A stretch of 57,672 nucleotides of DNA, taken from contig CAMBTR010000001.1 in assembly GCA_945870885.1 (NCBI GenBank), positions 1 to 57,672 of the forward strand, written 5' to 3'. This document shows, piece by piece, positions 27,638 through 38,106 of this stretch. The stretch's first letter is position 1; each line of letters starts with the position of its first letter. Below the pieces are notes generated by a model that was given only the letters and a program-made list of their open reading frames with translations, was not told the DNA's origin and did not search any database. The DNA is from Chryseobacterium gleum (GTDB taxonomy: Bacteria > Bacteroidota > Bacteroidia > NS11-12g > UBA955). Made by a program: the position numbers and the translations under genes.

Positions 27638-29479
27638 TTATTTAATTACGCTGGTTTTTAGTCGCTCTTCCATTGCCGGTTTTGAAGTTTCCACACCTGG
27701 TTTGAGGTATTTTTCGATCATCAAATTCGCAATTGGTGCGGCCCAAGTCGCCCCAAACCCGCCATTTTCAACCAATACAGCGATGGCTATCTTTGGGTTG
27801 TCCTTGGGTGAAAATGCCATATAAATGGAGTGATCCTTGCCGTGAGGGTTTTGAGCAGTACCCGTTTTAGCACAAATTTCAATATCTGTGATGCCCGTAC
27901 CATTTGCTGTACCGCCTGGCTTGGCGACATCACTCATACCATCAATAATTGTTGCAAAATAGGTTGGGTTTATCGTTGTGAATTTTTTGATTTTATACTT
28001 TCGATCCCACGAAGTATCCTTGAATCCGTTAATCTTTTTAACCAAGTGAGGCGCATAGTACCAACCTCGATTGGCAATAATGGCGGCCACATTGCAAATT
28101 TGCAAGGGCGTTAGCAATATCTCCCCTTGGCCAATACTCAAAGAAATTACAGTGCTACTTTTCCAACGATCACCATGTCGGCGGTTTAACTGGGCTACCG
28201 ATGGGATGTTTCCTCTTGATTCGCCCAATAAATCAATATTGAGCTGACTTCCCAAGCCAAATGATCGCAAGTGTTTTTCCAATGCAGCATAACCCAATTT
28301 CACATCGCCATATTTAGGATTGTCGATAATGTCTCTAAAAACCTGACAATAGTAACTGTTGCAGGAGATTCTAATTGATCCGCGAAGGTCTAGTGGTCCC
28401 CCATGCGGGTGACATCCTACGCGAATGCTTCCTAGTCGATATCCACCAGCACAACCATGGGTAGTTTCCGGCGATAAAACACCTTCTTGCATTGCAATCA
28501 ACGCCATTACTGTTTTAAATGTTGAACCAGGGGGGTAGACGCCCTTTACTGCACGATTGTACAAAGGTTTTTGCTCATCTCTCAACAAAGATTTGAATGT
28601 TTTTGCACGCTCTCTACCAACCATCGTATTTGGATCGTAATCGGGATTATTAATGAACGCTATGACCTCTCCAGTACGCGGCTCAATCGCTACAATACTG
28701 CCTTTTTTTCCATTTAACAACAATCGTCCGTACTCCTGCAAATCAAAATCCAGTGAACTAATCACATCAGGCCCTGCAGTGGAGGGATAATTAAACTGCG
28801 TGTCTTTTACAACGCCTCGTTCTGTATACGTTCTATCCTGCCAAACCGTTTTAACGCCTTTGATACCCCTAATTTGTTTTTCGTAATACCTCTCAATCCC
28901 AGTAATACCTACCAAATCACCCGGTTGATTGTAATCATCCAGCTCAATTAAAGATTCATCTGCTTCACCCAAATATCCCAATGCATGGGGCGCCGATGTA
29001 GTTGCAAACTGTCGGTCTGTACGCGACTCAATATAAAAACCTGGCAGTCGGTAAATATTCTCCCGCAACAGAGTGAATTGCTTATTACTCAAATTGGCAT
29101 AAAAGAGCGCACTGTTGTTGAAAGCATTATTTTTCTGTCGTTTCTTGGCCCTAATTCTAGCATCTAATATCAAATGTCTCACTGTGGGCAAGTCGATTTC
29201 GAGGATCGAACAAAGTAAACCAGTATCTAGCTTCTTGATTTCATATGGGAAAGACGATAAATCGTACATCTGCGTACTGTATACCATTAACTTACCTTTT
29301 CGATCAAAAATATTGCTTCGCGATGGGTATAGTGTGATTTTATTAAGGGCGTTATTGATTGCCATCTTTTTATATGGCACTTCTCCCAATTGAATACTCG
29401 CCAACTTTAGGGAATAGACAATAAAAACGAACGCGATTAACCCGATATAAACAATCTGACGCTTACTACCTTTTTCCAT
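27638..29479 (-). CDS. mrdA: penicillin-binding protein 2 (elongasome transpeptidase)
   Basis: Single N-terminal TM helix. Transpeptidase motifs STFK (PPGSTFKTV), SCN (SxN) and KTGT (AKTGTAQ). Confidence 0.9.
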   Translation of the reverse strand: MEKGSKRQIVYIGLIAFVFIVYSLKLASIQLGEVPYKKMAINNALNKITLYPSRSNIFDRKGKLMVYSTQMYDLSSFPYEIKKLDTGLLCSILEIDLPTVRHLILDARIRAKKRQKNNAFNNSALFYANLSNKQFTLLRENIYRLPGFYIESRTDRQFATTSAPHALGYLGEADESLIELDDYNQPGDLVGITGIERYYEKQIRGIKGVKTVWQDRTYTERGVVKDTQFNYPSTAGPDVISSLDFDLQEYGRLLLNGKKGSIVAIEPRTGEVIAFINNPDYDPNTMVGRERAKTFKSLLRDEQKPLYNRAVKGVYPPGSTFKTVMALIAMQEGVLSPETTHGCAGGYRLGSIRVGCHPHGGPLDLRGSIRISCNSYYCQVFRDIIDNPKYGDVKLGYAALEKHLRSFGLGSQLNIDLLGESRGNIPSVAQLNRRHGDRWKSSTVISLSIGQGEILLTPLQICNVAAIIANRGWYYAPHLVKKINGFKDTSWDRKYKIKKFTTINPTYFATIIDGMSDVAKPGGTANGTGITDIEICAKTGTAQNPHGKDHSIYMAFSPKDNPKIAIAVLVENGGFGATWAAPIANLMIEKYLKPGVETSKPAMEERLKTSVIK

Positions 29480-29484
29480 GATTA

Positions 29485-29994
29485 TTATTTATGACCCAGG
29501 AGCAAACGGAACATTTGTATAAACAGCAAAGAAGCGATGGCACTGCAGACCGAAACAAAAAGTATTGTAAATAGCGATGACCAACTAAAATAATCAAAAA
29601 TGAAATATACCAGATGGTGAGTGAAGAGAATCGCAAAAGAGTAAATACCGTACCATTGCCAGCCCTTATAGTCGATTTGTATATACCTCATACCCTGTAA
29701 TTGCATGGAATTTTCATCTAAGAAATACAAATCAATATAATTCTTGACAAAAACGGTAGTTACGCATGCTGCGGTGTGCATACCCAAGCTGCCTCCAAAC
29801 GCGTCAATCGTTAACCCAAAGAAAAACGCCCCAATCAATACACCAAACCGGTTGGAAGAAAGAGGTAATATCAAAAATAAGTAGACATAAGGCATTGGCT
29901 TAATCCACCATGCAAGATTTACTTCTTTGAAAATCAGTGTTTGAATCAGCGCAAAAAAAAGTCCGCCTACAATAAATCTAACAACTTCAATCAT
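29485..29994 (-). CDS. mreD: rod shape-determining protein MreD
   Basis: 169-aa multi-TM protein between mreC and mrdA. Its ATG overlaps the mreC stop (8-nt overlap). Confidence 0.7.
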   Translation of the reverse strand: MIEVVRFIVGGLFFALIQTLIFKEVNLAWWIKPMPYVYLFLILPLSSNRFGVLIGAFFFGLTIDAFGGSLGMHTAACVTTVFVKNYIDLYFLDENSMQLQGMRYIQIDYKGWQWYGIYSFAILFTHHLVYFIFDYFSWSSLFTILFVSVCSAIASLLFIQMFRLLLGHK

Positions 29995-30847
29995 TGGCGC
30001 CTCCTTCCTGGGTTGGTATGATTTCGTTCAATACGTCCAATTCGTTTTGATGGATATTTTTTATGACTGTTACGACATCTAACTGACTAAAATCAGTAGC
30101 CAATTTTACTTTGATGCTATAAAAGTTTGATTTCAAATTGGATTCGGATTTTTCAATTGTACCAATTGGAATGCCGGCAGGGAACAACAATGAATAGTTA
30201 CTCGTATAAAGTTTCATGCCATTTTTCAGTTTTACAAATCGATTCACTTCTTCCAATTCCACATAACTGGGATCATCACCATCCCAGGCAATTACACCTT
30301 GGCTGATTTTTAGGTTATAGAAATAGGGGGTAATTTCAAATTTAGAATTCAATACCGACATCACCAATGAGTAATGAGCGGCTGATTCTACAACAACTCC
30401 CACAATTCCCATAGGGCATATAACCGACATGTGCTTTTTGATACCATCCTTGTAACCGCGATCTAGAACGATAAAATTGTTTTGCTCATTTACTGAGTTT
30501 CTAATTACACGGGCGGGAATATATTCGTACTTAATAAGGGTATTTGTGAAAGTATCCTTATAGGTGGATGCTCCCTTAGGTGAATTGCTTGTGAGATTCC
30601 AGTTTAATTGATTTCGTAGTAAGCCATTTTCTTTAACCAACTGCTCATTTGTAGTTCGTAATTTGAAATAACTTGTGATGCCGGATCTCCAAACATCGAT
30701 GCTTCGATGAATGCCCAGGGCATGACCAAAATATATACTGTGCTGGTAAAAATGATACCTAAAAATCTGTGTAACCGCACTCAACAGCAGTAAAACATAG
30801 AGTAGGGGGTATGCTTGATTCCGTATCCAACGGAATATCACCAACAT
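29987..30847 (-). CDS. mreC: rod shape-determining protein MreC
   Basis: 286 aa with an N-terminal TM helix, a coiled-coil segment (LVKENGLLRNQL) and a beta-rich domain. It sits directly downstream of mreB. Confidence 0.85.
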   Translation of the reverse strand: MLVIFRWIRNQAYPLLYVLLLLSAVTQIFRYHFYQHSIYFGHALGIHRSIDVWRSGITSYFKLRTTNEQLVKENGLLRNQLNWNLTSNSPKGASTYKDTFTNTLIKYEYIPARVIRNSVNEQNNFIVLDRGYKDGIKKHMSVICPMGIVGVVVESAAHYSLVMSVLNSKFEITPYFYNLKISQGVIAWDGDDPSYVELEEVNRFVKLKNGMKLYTSNYSLLFPAGIPIGTIEKSESNLKSNFYSIKVKLATDFSQLDVVTVIKNIHQNELDVLNEIIPTQEGGAND

Positions 30848-30859
30848 GATGGACTAAAA

Positions 30860-31885
30860 TTAAGCTGTCATTAAAAACTTGAAACGACCGATGTTCTTCA
30901 ATGCAGTACCAGTACCACGAACAACAGCACGAAGAGGGTCTTCCGCAATATGCACTTTCAATTTCGTCTTGGCTGCAATTCGCTTGTCAAGTCCTCTTAA
31001 CAAAGCACCACCTCCGGTAAGCCAAATTCCATTTGTCAAAATATCAGCGCTTAATTCTGGTGGAGATTGCTCCAAAGCACGTAAAACCGCTTCTTCCACT
31101 TTCATGATGCTCTTATCCAACGCCCTAGCTATCTCACTATAACTCACGATAATCTGTTTCGGAATTCCCGTCATTAAATCTCTACCAAACACAGCGTAGT
31201 CTTCAGGTGGAGTATCTAATTCTTGTAATGCCGATCCAATATGAATTTTGATTTTTTCTGCAGTACGCTCACCGATCAACAAATTATGTTCTCTGCGCAT
31301 GTACTCCAAAATATCCAAGTTGAATTCATCCCCTGCAACGCGAATGCTTTCATCGCAAACAATACCACCCAAAGCAATAATTGCAATTTCGGTAGTACCA
31401 CCGCCGATATCAACAATCATATTTCCTTGAGGCTGGGTGACATCGATCCCAATACCAACCGCCGCCGCCATGGGCTCGTGTATCAAATATACTTCTTTTG
31501 CGCCACTGCGCTCCGCACTGTCCTTTACGGCACGTTTTTCAACTTCAGTGATACCAGATGGAATACAAATAACCATTTTAAGCTGAGGTGAAATCCAGCG
31601 TTGTTTCTGATTCATCATCTTGATCATTCCACGAATCATATGCTCGGCTGCTTGGAAATCCGCAATTACTCCATCTTTCAATGGCCTAATTGTCTTGATA
31701 CCCTCATTTTCCTTTCCAAACATCTGCATTGCATCTTTGCCAATGGCAATCACGTTGCCCGTATTTCGTTCAATTGCGATGATACTAGGCTCGTCAACAA
31801 CAACCTTGTCCTTATGTATGATAAGTGTGTTCGCTGTACCTAAATCGATGGCAAGTTCCTGGGTTAGAAAACTGAAAAAACTCAT
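30860..31885 (-). CDS. mreB: rod shape-determining actin homologue MreB
   Basis: 341 aa with actin-fold motifs (AIDLGTANT, DIGGGTTE, LTGGGALLRGLD). Confidence 0.95.
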   Translation of the reverse strand: MSFFSFLTQELAIDLGTANTLIIHKDKVVVDEPSIIAIERNTGNVIAIGKDAMQMFGKENEGIKTIRPLKDGVIADFQAAEHMIRGMIKMMNQKQRWISPQLKMVICIPSGITEVEKRAVKDSAERSGAKEVYLIHEPMAAAVGIGIDVTQPQGNMIVDIGGGTTEIAIIALGGIVCDESIRVAGDEFNLDILEYMRREHNLLIGERTAEKIKIHIGSALQELDTPPEDYAVFGRDLMTGIPKQIIVSYSEIARALDKSIMKVEEAVLRALEQSPPELSADILTNGIWLTGGGALLRGLDKRIAAKTKLKVHIAEDPLRAVVRGTGTALKNIGRFKFLMTA

Positions 31886-31953
31886 GGTGTATATATGATC
31901 TGCAAAATAAACACAAATTGGCTATTTTAACACATCATTTCGTGAGTATTTAA

Positions 31954-34900
31954 TTAAAAAAACCACGACATACAAACTTGTTGGATTGGAGGCATCAATT
32001 TGCCTTCTTTCAAACCAAAAGCCAATTCATAGCGTATTGGCGTTCGGAGTACATTTGCACTGACTCCTAGCCCTGTGCCAACCAAATAAGGATTGCGTTT
32101 TGAGGTAATCGACATCCAATAATTGGGAGTTGTTATAGCCACAGTATTAAAAGGATTCATCGGATTGGCTGGCGAATTGCCAATAAATGCAGTACCAATA
32201 TCTAAAAATCCATACAAAGTCAACGATTCGTAAAAATGCTGTTTGATGATTTTTTGACCAAACTGCTTAAATGGCTGCGTCAGAATTTCATTTTGAATCG
32301 AAAGGGAGCCCGTTCCAATGCGTTCACCCGAAAGAAAACCTCGAACAAAACCGCCATTGGCCCGATACAAATATTTCGTATTTGAATATTCTGTAGAGAT
32401 ATCCGTTTGCCACATATCTCTAGAAATCCAACCTTCCGATCCGCCTACCCAAAATAAGGTTAATGCATTTCCTGCCGATTTATTTGCCATAATGTTCGAC
32501 TTAAAGTAAACCCCTCTAACCAATTGTTTATCAATATTAAGATTCAAATTAAATAGATACGAGGTCCCCATACTATTGCCATTGACATACACTCTGTTGG
32601 GTATCGCGTTCGCCGTACTCACTTGATTGATTTTAATGCTGGACTTTAAAGAAATGAGCCATGCATTTTCCAATCGCATTGCTCGCTGTCGATTATTCCA
32701 ATCAAGCCCAAAGACAAGTCCAGCTGTTTTGAATCTATAATTCTTAAATGACGAAAATCCGGGATTAACTATCTTATCGAAATACATGTCTTCCATAATT
32801 TGAATACCAGATGATAAACTGAAATTCGAAATCCAATTCCTTCGAATCGAAACGCTGAAAAAATTGGTTGCATTTTTCTTTAATGACATCTCGTTCAAAT
32901 AAAATGTTCGACTACGCGTAAGAAGTTGTTGGTCAATTTGATATTTACCCCAATTAAATGTCTGCTGCATTCTGAGACCCAAGCGATTCAACGCTAAGTT
33001 GGATAAGATGCCAAACGACATCCGATAATTGTGATTCTTATCTATCAAATAGAATCGCATTTCAGGGGTAAATGGCTGATTATAAAGTAAATATTGCTTA
33101 ATTTCATTCAGATACGGCAGAGGAAAATCGGCATTGCCAAAATACAGACCGCCTTGATTTAAATAATACGAATTCCTGCCCCTTGAACTGTCGTATTTAC
33201 CCGAATAATGTGGGGTCTTTTCATTATTTAACGTTGATGTCCATGTTCGCTTAGGGAAAGCAACCAAATACTCCCAAGTACTATGAAGAGAATCAACTTC
33301 TACCAAATTCATTGAGATTCTGTTTGGAACATCTTTTTTCTTCCGATTTTCAATACTATCATTTTTTGCTAATAGTTCCAGTTCCCTGACAGTCTCTTTT
33401 GCGGGGTCCAATAGACGAACCAATGATAGTGAACTCCCAAAACTCGATTCGATAATATTGTCCAATCCATCTACAGAAGACTGCATATAGAAACTGTTTT
33501 TTACTTCAGATTTCCAGCGGTAATCAGAATTGTCTTTAAAATGATAAAAGCGCAGTCGCCAAACCTCACCCTCATTTTGGACATAACTCAATTGTCCTTG
33601 GCCTTCAATCACCAATCCACGAACGATAGGTTTTTCTGTCAATGTATCCACACGGAGCGTCTTTGTAGCCTCACCCATCAACTGTTCAAAAAGCATGATC
33701 CAACGATCTTTTTCGATTTTCTTTATATCGATTGCGTAATAAATTGAATCATTTTGTTCATGGGCAATATCAAGACGTTCCATTAACAATCTCTCTATTT
33801 GGATTTCTCTCTTCTCATAAGCTGTTTCGTTCAATAAAAACTTGGCTGTTATCAATTTATCCACGCCCAATTGGCTTCCAATTGCGGTATAGGTAATAAG
33901 GGTCTCTGAATTATTCACATCGATTTGTTTGCTATTGTTACGAGAAACATCAACCGAGAGAATGGATTGGACACGGTGTAATTTCTCAGGTCCCAAATCT
34001 ACCGAGTATCTTCTTTTACCCGCGCTATCAATAAAAACCAGTGTTCGATGGCGATTTACTACAAACTCCATTGATAGCAATTCAACTGCAGAGTGGGGCA
34101 GGCTTTGTGACGATTTATCTGTAACGAGAAACCCCACCAATTGTATTGGCTGAAAATTCAATTCATCGAGCAGGGCAGGGTATTCATAACTGATCACATC
34201 ACCGAGTTTTTTGGAAATCGAATTATAGATAGAAACCTTTACCAATCCGGGAGTAAACCATTGGATTGCGAGTTTTTCATGGTGCTTTACAATCTTCTTG
34301 ATGGGGATGGATCGATACTTCAATGGCAAATCAATCTCGGTATTAATAGGCGTTCCCAATGGTTGATTTTGACCCAACATTCTCTCCTTATTCCAAACAT
34401 CAAATGACTTTCCAGTTACATACTCAATAGCAGACTCCGCATTCCCAGTATACTTGAGAACAAACATCATCGTAGAAACCACTGACTTTCCATAGGTTTG
34501 AAACAAATCACGCCAGATTTTCTTACCATAAACTTGCGCACCCATAGGCACAATTTGATTTGGCGATTTAAATCCGCCCTTGCATTCATAAAATGCATAC
34601 TCATCCGCTGAATTCGCATTCCATCCAGATGCCAAATAGGCGCCCAAGCCTTGTAAGAACCAATTTGGAATGGTATGGGATCCGGTTTGACTTAGTTTTT
34701 GACGTACACTGATGCCCAATAAAAACTCATGGAATACAAAATGAGAAAGGGAATAAATAAATTGTGATCGAATCAGATTGTAGTTGCAGTTAGCATATAT
34801 CGGATAATTGTACTCTTGAGAATAATTATCCGTAACAGAAATCCTCTCTAACCAAACGGCATTTACCTTGAGTGCTTCATGATAATCATTGATGTCGTTG

Positions 34901-35205
34901 TAAATCGTAGCGGTGAATTGCAAACTCGATTTATAACCCAACAAACCCTCTAATTCGTGATAGTTAAGTTCTGCAATTCTAAAAATTGAGTCTATAAATG
35001 GTTTGTTTTGAACGATGGTCGAATCACTGCTATTGAAATTTAAATGGACTCTTCCATACGCAAGCTCAATTGATCCTGCCTTCGCATTTATTGATGAATG
35101 CGTTAACATAACAAAGAATAGCAAGATCAAATTCTTAATAGAATTAGATATAACGCGTTGTTGATATATTAAAAGTGGGCCCCTCACAAACATCCGAATA
35201 TACAA
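31954..35205 (-). CDS. Omp85/BamA-superfamily-like outer membrane protein with a degenerate peptidase-MA-like N-terminal domain
   Basis: 1083-aa ORF. The C-terminal ~380 aa have alternating beta-strand character, an L6-loop-like GGFVRGF motif and a terminal aromatic residue (MSWFF). The N-terminal region [10 protein letters not shown]...[17 protein letters not shown] resembles the HExxH...W..EG.A.Y of MA-type peptidases, but with the second His and the Glu replaced. The ORF-track start at 35205 is a TTG; the first ATG is at 35193. Confidence 0.5.
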   Translation of the reverse strand: MYIRMFVRGPLLIYQQRVISNSIKNLILLFFVMLTHSSINAKAGSIELAYGRVHLNFNSSDSTIVQNKPFIDSIFRIAELNYHELEGLLGYKSSLQFTATIYNDINDYHEALKVNAVWLERISVTDNYSQEYNYPIYANCNYNLIRSQFIYSLSHFVFHEFLLGISVRQKLSQTGSHTIPNWFLQGLGAYLASGWNANSADEYAFYECKGGFKSPNQIVPMGAQVYGKKIWRDLFQTYGKSVVSTMMFVLKYTGNAESAIEYVTGKSFDVWNKERMLGQNQPLGTPINTEIDLPLKYRSIPIKKIVKHHEKLAIQWFTPGLVKVSIYNSISKKLGDVISYEYPALLDELNFQPIQLVGFLVTDKSSQSLPHSAVELLSMEFVVNRHRTLVFIDSAGKRRYSVDLGPEKLHRVQSILSVDVSRNNSKQIDVNNSETLITYTAIGSQLGVDKLITAKFLLNETAYEKREIQIERLLMERLDIAHEQNDSIYYAIDIKKIEKDRWIMLFEQLMGEATKTLRVDTLTEKPIVRGLVIEGQGQLSYVQNEGEVWRLRFYHFKDNSDYRWKSEVKNSFYMQSSVDGLDNIIESSFGSSLSLVRLLDPAKETVRELELLAKNDSIENRKKKDVPNRISMNLVEVDSLHSTWEYLVAFPKRTWTSTLNNEKTPHYSGKYDSSRGRNSYYLNQGGLYFGNADFPLPYLNEIKQYLLYNQPFTPEMRFYLIDKNHNYRMSFGILSNLALNRLGLRMQQTFNWGKYQIDQQLLTRSRTFYLNEMSLKKNATNFFSVSIRRNWISNFSLSSGIQIMEDMYFDKIVNPGFSSFKNYRFKTAGLVFGLDWNNRQRAMRLENAWLISLKSSIKINQVSTANAIPNRVYVNGNSMGTSYLFNLNLNIDKQLVRGVYFKSNIMANKSAGNALTLFWVGGSEGWISRDMWQTDISTEYSNTKYLYRANGGFVRGFLSGERIGTGSLSIQNEILTQPFKQFGQKIIKQHFYESLTLYGFLDIGTAFIGNSPANPMNPFNTVAITTPNYWMSITSKRNPYLVGTGLGVSANVLRTPIRYELAFGLKEGKLMPPIQQVCMSWFF

Positions 35206-35252
35206 TTGTTTTGGGGCAAAGACAAATGAGCAATCTTACTTACCTTCGTATC

Positions 35253-36479
35253 ATGAATATCAATAATAGTGCTGATTTCATTGCCCTTGAGAATCAATAC
35301 GGAGCACATAATTATCATCCATTGCCAGTTGTTTTACACAAGGGTGAAGGGATATTTGTTTGGGATGTAGAGGACAAAAGATACTTCGATTTTTTGTCTG
35401 CCTATTCCGCAGTCAATCAAGGACATTGTCACCCCAAAATCATTGAAGCACTTAACGTTCAAAGTAAAAAATTAACTCTTACTAGCAGGGCTTTCCATAA
35501 CGATCAACTTGGTCCGTTTGAGCAATACATCACAAACCTACTGAGATATGATCGTGTATTGCCTATGAATACAGGCGTAGAAGGAGGGGAGACCGCAGTA
35601 AAACTTGCCAGAAAATGGGGCTATACGGTTAAAGGGATTGCTTCAAATCAGGCCAAAGTGATTTTTGCATCGGGGAATTTTTGGGGAAGAACCATCGCAG
35701 CTATTTCTACATCGCAAGATGAGGATAGTTATGCCGACTTTGGACCTTTCGTACCAGGATTTGAAATCGTAGAATACAACAATGTCCAAGCGCTTGAGCA
35801 AGCGCTTCAAGATTCAAATGTTGCGGCATTCATGGTTGAGCCAATACAAGGTGAGGCAGGAGTGATAATGCCGAGCGATGATTATTTGAAGCAAGTTCGT
35901 GCGCTTTGTACAAAATATAACGTGCTGTGGATTGCCGACGAGGTACAAACTGGATTGGGCAGGACAGGGGCGATGCTTTGTTGCGACCATGCTCATGTAA
36001 AGCCAGATATTCTGATTTTAGGCAAGGCGTTGGGTGGTGGAGTCTTTCCGGTTAGTGCAGTATTAGCATCAAATGAAGTCATGGGTGTGCTTCATCCAGG
36101 TCAGCACGGATCAACATTCGGTGGAAATCCTTTGGCATGTGCTGTAGCAACCGCAGCATTGAAAGTATTGGTGGATGAATCTTTACCGCAAAATGCTTCA
36201 GAAATGGGTGAACTTTTTAGAAAAGGGCTGAAAGAAATCAATTCTCCCATCGTAAAGAAAGTAAGGGGAAAAGGCTTGTTAAATGCGATAGATATTGAAC
36301 CATTTGGCAACGGTAAAACCGCATATGATGTTTGTATCGCTATGAAATCAAATGGGTTACTAGCAAAACAAACACATACTCACACCATTCGATTTGCACC
36401 TCCTTTGACAATTAATGCGGGTCAAATCGAGGAAGCGTTGCAAATCATCAACTTTTCTATTCTCGAAATTGCAAAATAA
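35253..36479 (+). CDS. rocD: ornithine--oxo-acid aminotransferase
   Basis: Class III PLP aminotransferase. It has [17 protein letters not shown] (typical of OAT), [11 protein letters not shown], and the Schiff-base Lys in [10 protein letters not shown] chose the ATG at 35253 (MNINNSADF...); the ATG at 35226 is also possible, and the ORF-track start at 35175 is a GTG. Confidence 0.85.
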   Translation: MNINNSADFIALENQYGAHNYHPLPVVLHKGEGIFVWDVEDKRYFDFLSAYSAVNQGHCHPKIIEALNVQSKKLTLTSRAFHNDQLGPFEQYITNLLRYDRVLPMNTGVEGGETAVKLARKWGYTVKGIASNQAKVIFASGNFWGRTIAAISTSQDEDSYADFGPFVPGFEIVEYNNVQALEQALQDSNVAAFMVEPIQGEAGVIMPSDDYLKQVRALCTKYNVLWIADEVQTGLGRTGAMLCCDHAHVKPDILILGKALGGGVFPVSAVLASNEVMGVLHPGQHGSTFGGNPLACAVATAALKVLVDESLPQNASEMGELFRKGLKEINSPIVKKVRGKGLLNAIDIEPFGNGKTAYDVCIAMKSNGLLAKQTHTHTIRFAPPLTINAGQIEEALQIINFSILEIAK

Positions 36480-36494
36480 TCGGCTGTAATTTTC

Positions 36495-36502
36495 TATCTT
36501 TG
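36495..36502 (+). promoter_or_regulatory. candidate -7 promoter box (TATCTTTG) for tRNA-Leu
   Basis: Exact TAnnTTTG match 7 nt upstream of the first tRNA nucleotide. Confidence 0.55.
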
Positions 36503-36509
36503 CAGTCCA

Positions 36510-36595
36510 GCTCGGGTGGCGGAATAGGTAGACGCGCAGGACTTAAAATCCTGTTTTCAGTAATGAGAGTACGGGTTCGATTCCCGTCCCGAGCA
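36510..36595 (+). tRNA. tRNA-Leu (anticodon UAA), class II with a long variable arm; CCA not encoded
   Basis: Hand-folded. Acceptor stem GCTCGGG/CCCGAGC plus discriminator A. D arm GGCGGAATAGGTAGACGC. Anticodon stem CAGGA/TCCTG with loop CTTAAAA, giving anticodon TAA. Long variable arm. T arm ACGGGTTCGATTCCCGT. Confidence 0.9.
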
Positions 36596-36598
36596 CAA

Positions 36599-37603
36599 AT
36601 GAAGAAGATTGTTTTTTCAATCGTTCTAATCGCTGTTCTTTCTTGCAACAGCAACCGAAATTCCGGCCGATTTATTAGTGAAACAGACACAACTTTTTCG
36701 GAAGAAGTTCGAGCTGTTTCATTGAAAATTAACAGCAATCCGGATGATGCCGAATTGTACTACAAAAGGGCAAATACCTTCTATTTCGAAAAGAAATACA
36801 ATGATGCAATCTTGGATTTTGAAACGGCAATCTCAATTAATCCCAATCAAGCGCTCTATCATTACAAATGTGCAGAATCCTTAATTTCAATGGATTCAAC
36901 AAACTCAAACAAAACCAAAGAGCATTTAACACAAGCCATAAAAATCAAATCCGACTACCCAGAAGCGTCGTTTTTGTTGGCGAAATACTATTTGGCAAGA
37001 CAGGAATACGATAAATCCATCGAATTACTGAAGCCATTAACGAATCAAACAGATTTTTCCGACAATGCCTACGTGTTGATGTCGATCGCTTTTAAAGAGC
37101 AAAAAGACACAGTTTCCGCGAAAAAAGTCATTGAGAATGCACTTTTAAAAAATCCAGAGAATTTTAATGCAGTGATGCAAAAAACGCTGTTTCTATATCA
37201 GAGCAATGACCCAACGACAGCGCAATGGGCATCCAAGGCAGTCAGAATGAACGAATTCAACGATGAAGCGCTTTATACGTATGCTTTGGTTATGCAGCAA
37301 AAGGAAAAATACGCGGTAGCTATAGAATATTACGATAGGGCAATCAAAGTAAACCCGAATCACATTTTAGCGCATTACAATATTGCCGTCATTCAGTCGC
37401 TTTTTGATAACTATGAGGAATCCATCGACTGGTGTAAAAAAACCCTGGACCTAGAATCTAACTATGCCAATGCACATTGTTTAATTGGTTACAATCAGGA
37501 AAAAATGGGCAATAAAAAAGCGGCTTTGCTATCATACAAAACCGCTCTTTCGATAAACCCCGCTTTGGAACTCGCCAAAGAAGGTATAAAGTCAATTCAT
37601 TAG
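36599..37603 (+). CDS. TPR-repeat lipoprotein
   Basis: The ATG at 36599 gives MKKIVFSIVLIAVLSCNSN (lipobox). Seven or more TPR-like units follow. The ORF-track start at 36500 (TTG) runs through the tRNA and is rejected. Confidence 0.75.
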   Translation: MKKIVFSIVLIAVLSCNSNRNSGRFISETDTTFSEEVRAVSLKINSNPDDAELYYKRANTFYFEKKYNDAILDFETAISINPNQALYHYKCAESLISMDSTNSNKTKEHLTQAIKIKSDYPEASFLLAKYYLARQEYDKSIELLKPLTNQTDFSDNAYVLMSIAFKEQKDTVSAKKVIENALLKNPENFNAVMQKTLFLYQSNDPTTAQWASKAVRMNEFNDEALYTYALVMQQKEKYAVAIEYYDRAIKVNPNHILAHYNIAVIQSLFDNYEESIDWCKKTLDLESNYANAHCLIGYNQEKMGNKKAALLSYKTALSINPALELAKEGIKSIH

Positions 37604-38067
37604 TGCTTTTTCAATACCACCTTGGAGAACATATCAACGGTAGTTCCTCCGATATTAAAGTAGTATTTACGACGTAATACGATCTGCTCACCCGTCATTG
37701 ATGTAATATCCCAAGTGTAGGTGAACAATGTAACTTTTGTATCATTGGGCGCAGTCATGCTCCAAGGAAATACATCATTTGCTTCACCAGCAACACATTT
37801 AACTGTATTGCGATTCACTTGAACTTGTGATGTAGTGTTGAAAGTATAAAAATCGTCTTTCGAGCAAGCTTCAATATTCTCAACTTGATCTTGAGATGAA
37901 CTGTCTAACCAAGAGCTCAACTCCCAAGAATGTAACATAAATACTTCTTGTTTGGTTTTTCCACTGATGTCGATAGCATTTCCATTTGACTTTGAATCAG
38001 GATCACATCCAGTGATGAATAATAAAGCAGCAGCCGATAATGTTAATAGTGTTTTTTTCATAATCAT
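37600..38067 (-). CDS. small lipocalin-like lipoprotein of unknown function
   Basis: 155 aa. Signal and lipobox MIMKKTLLTLSAAALLFITGC. The beta-rich mature part has a W..SSW and a conserved Cys pair, as seen in lipocalin-like domains. The stop overlaps the convergent TPR gene by 4 nt. Confidence 0.5.
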   Translation of the reverse strand: MIMKKTLLTLSAAALLFITGCDPDSKSNGNAIDISGKTKQEVFMLHSWELSSWLDSSSQDQVENIEACSKDDFYTFNTTSQVQVNRNTVKCVAGEANDVFPWSMTAPNDTKVTLFTYTWDITSMTGEQIVLRRKYYFNIGGTTVDMFSKVVLKKH

Positions 38068-38106
38068 GTTTCCAAATATATGTCAGCCGTTTCAATTCTC
38101 AAAAAG

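Noticed and set aside
36457-36738. 93-aa minus-strand ORF, and the first 33 codons of the plus-strand ORF 36500-37603, both covering the tRNA-Leu locus.
   Set aside because: The region folds into a canonical class II tRNA-Leu. The plus-strand ORF has a convincing lipoprotein start at 36599, immediately after the tRNA. The TTG at 36500 lies inside the promoter box.
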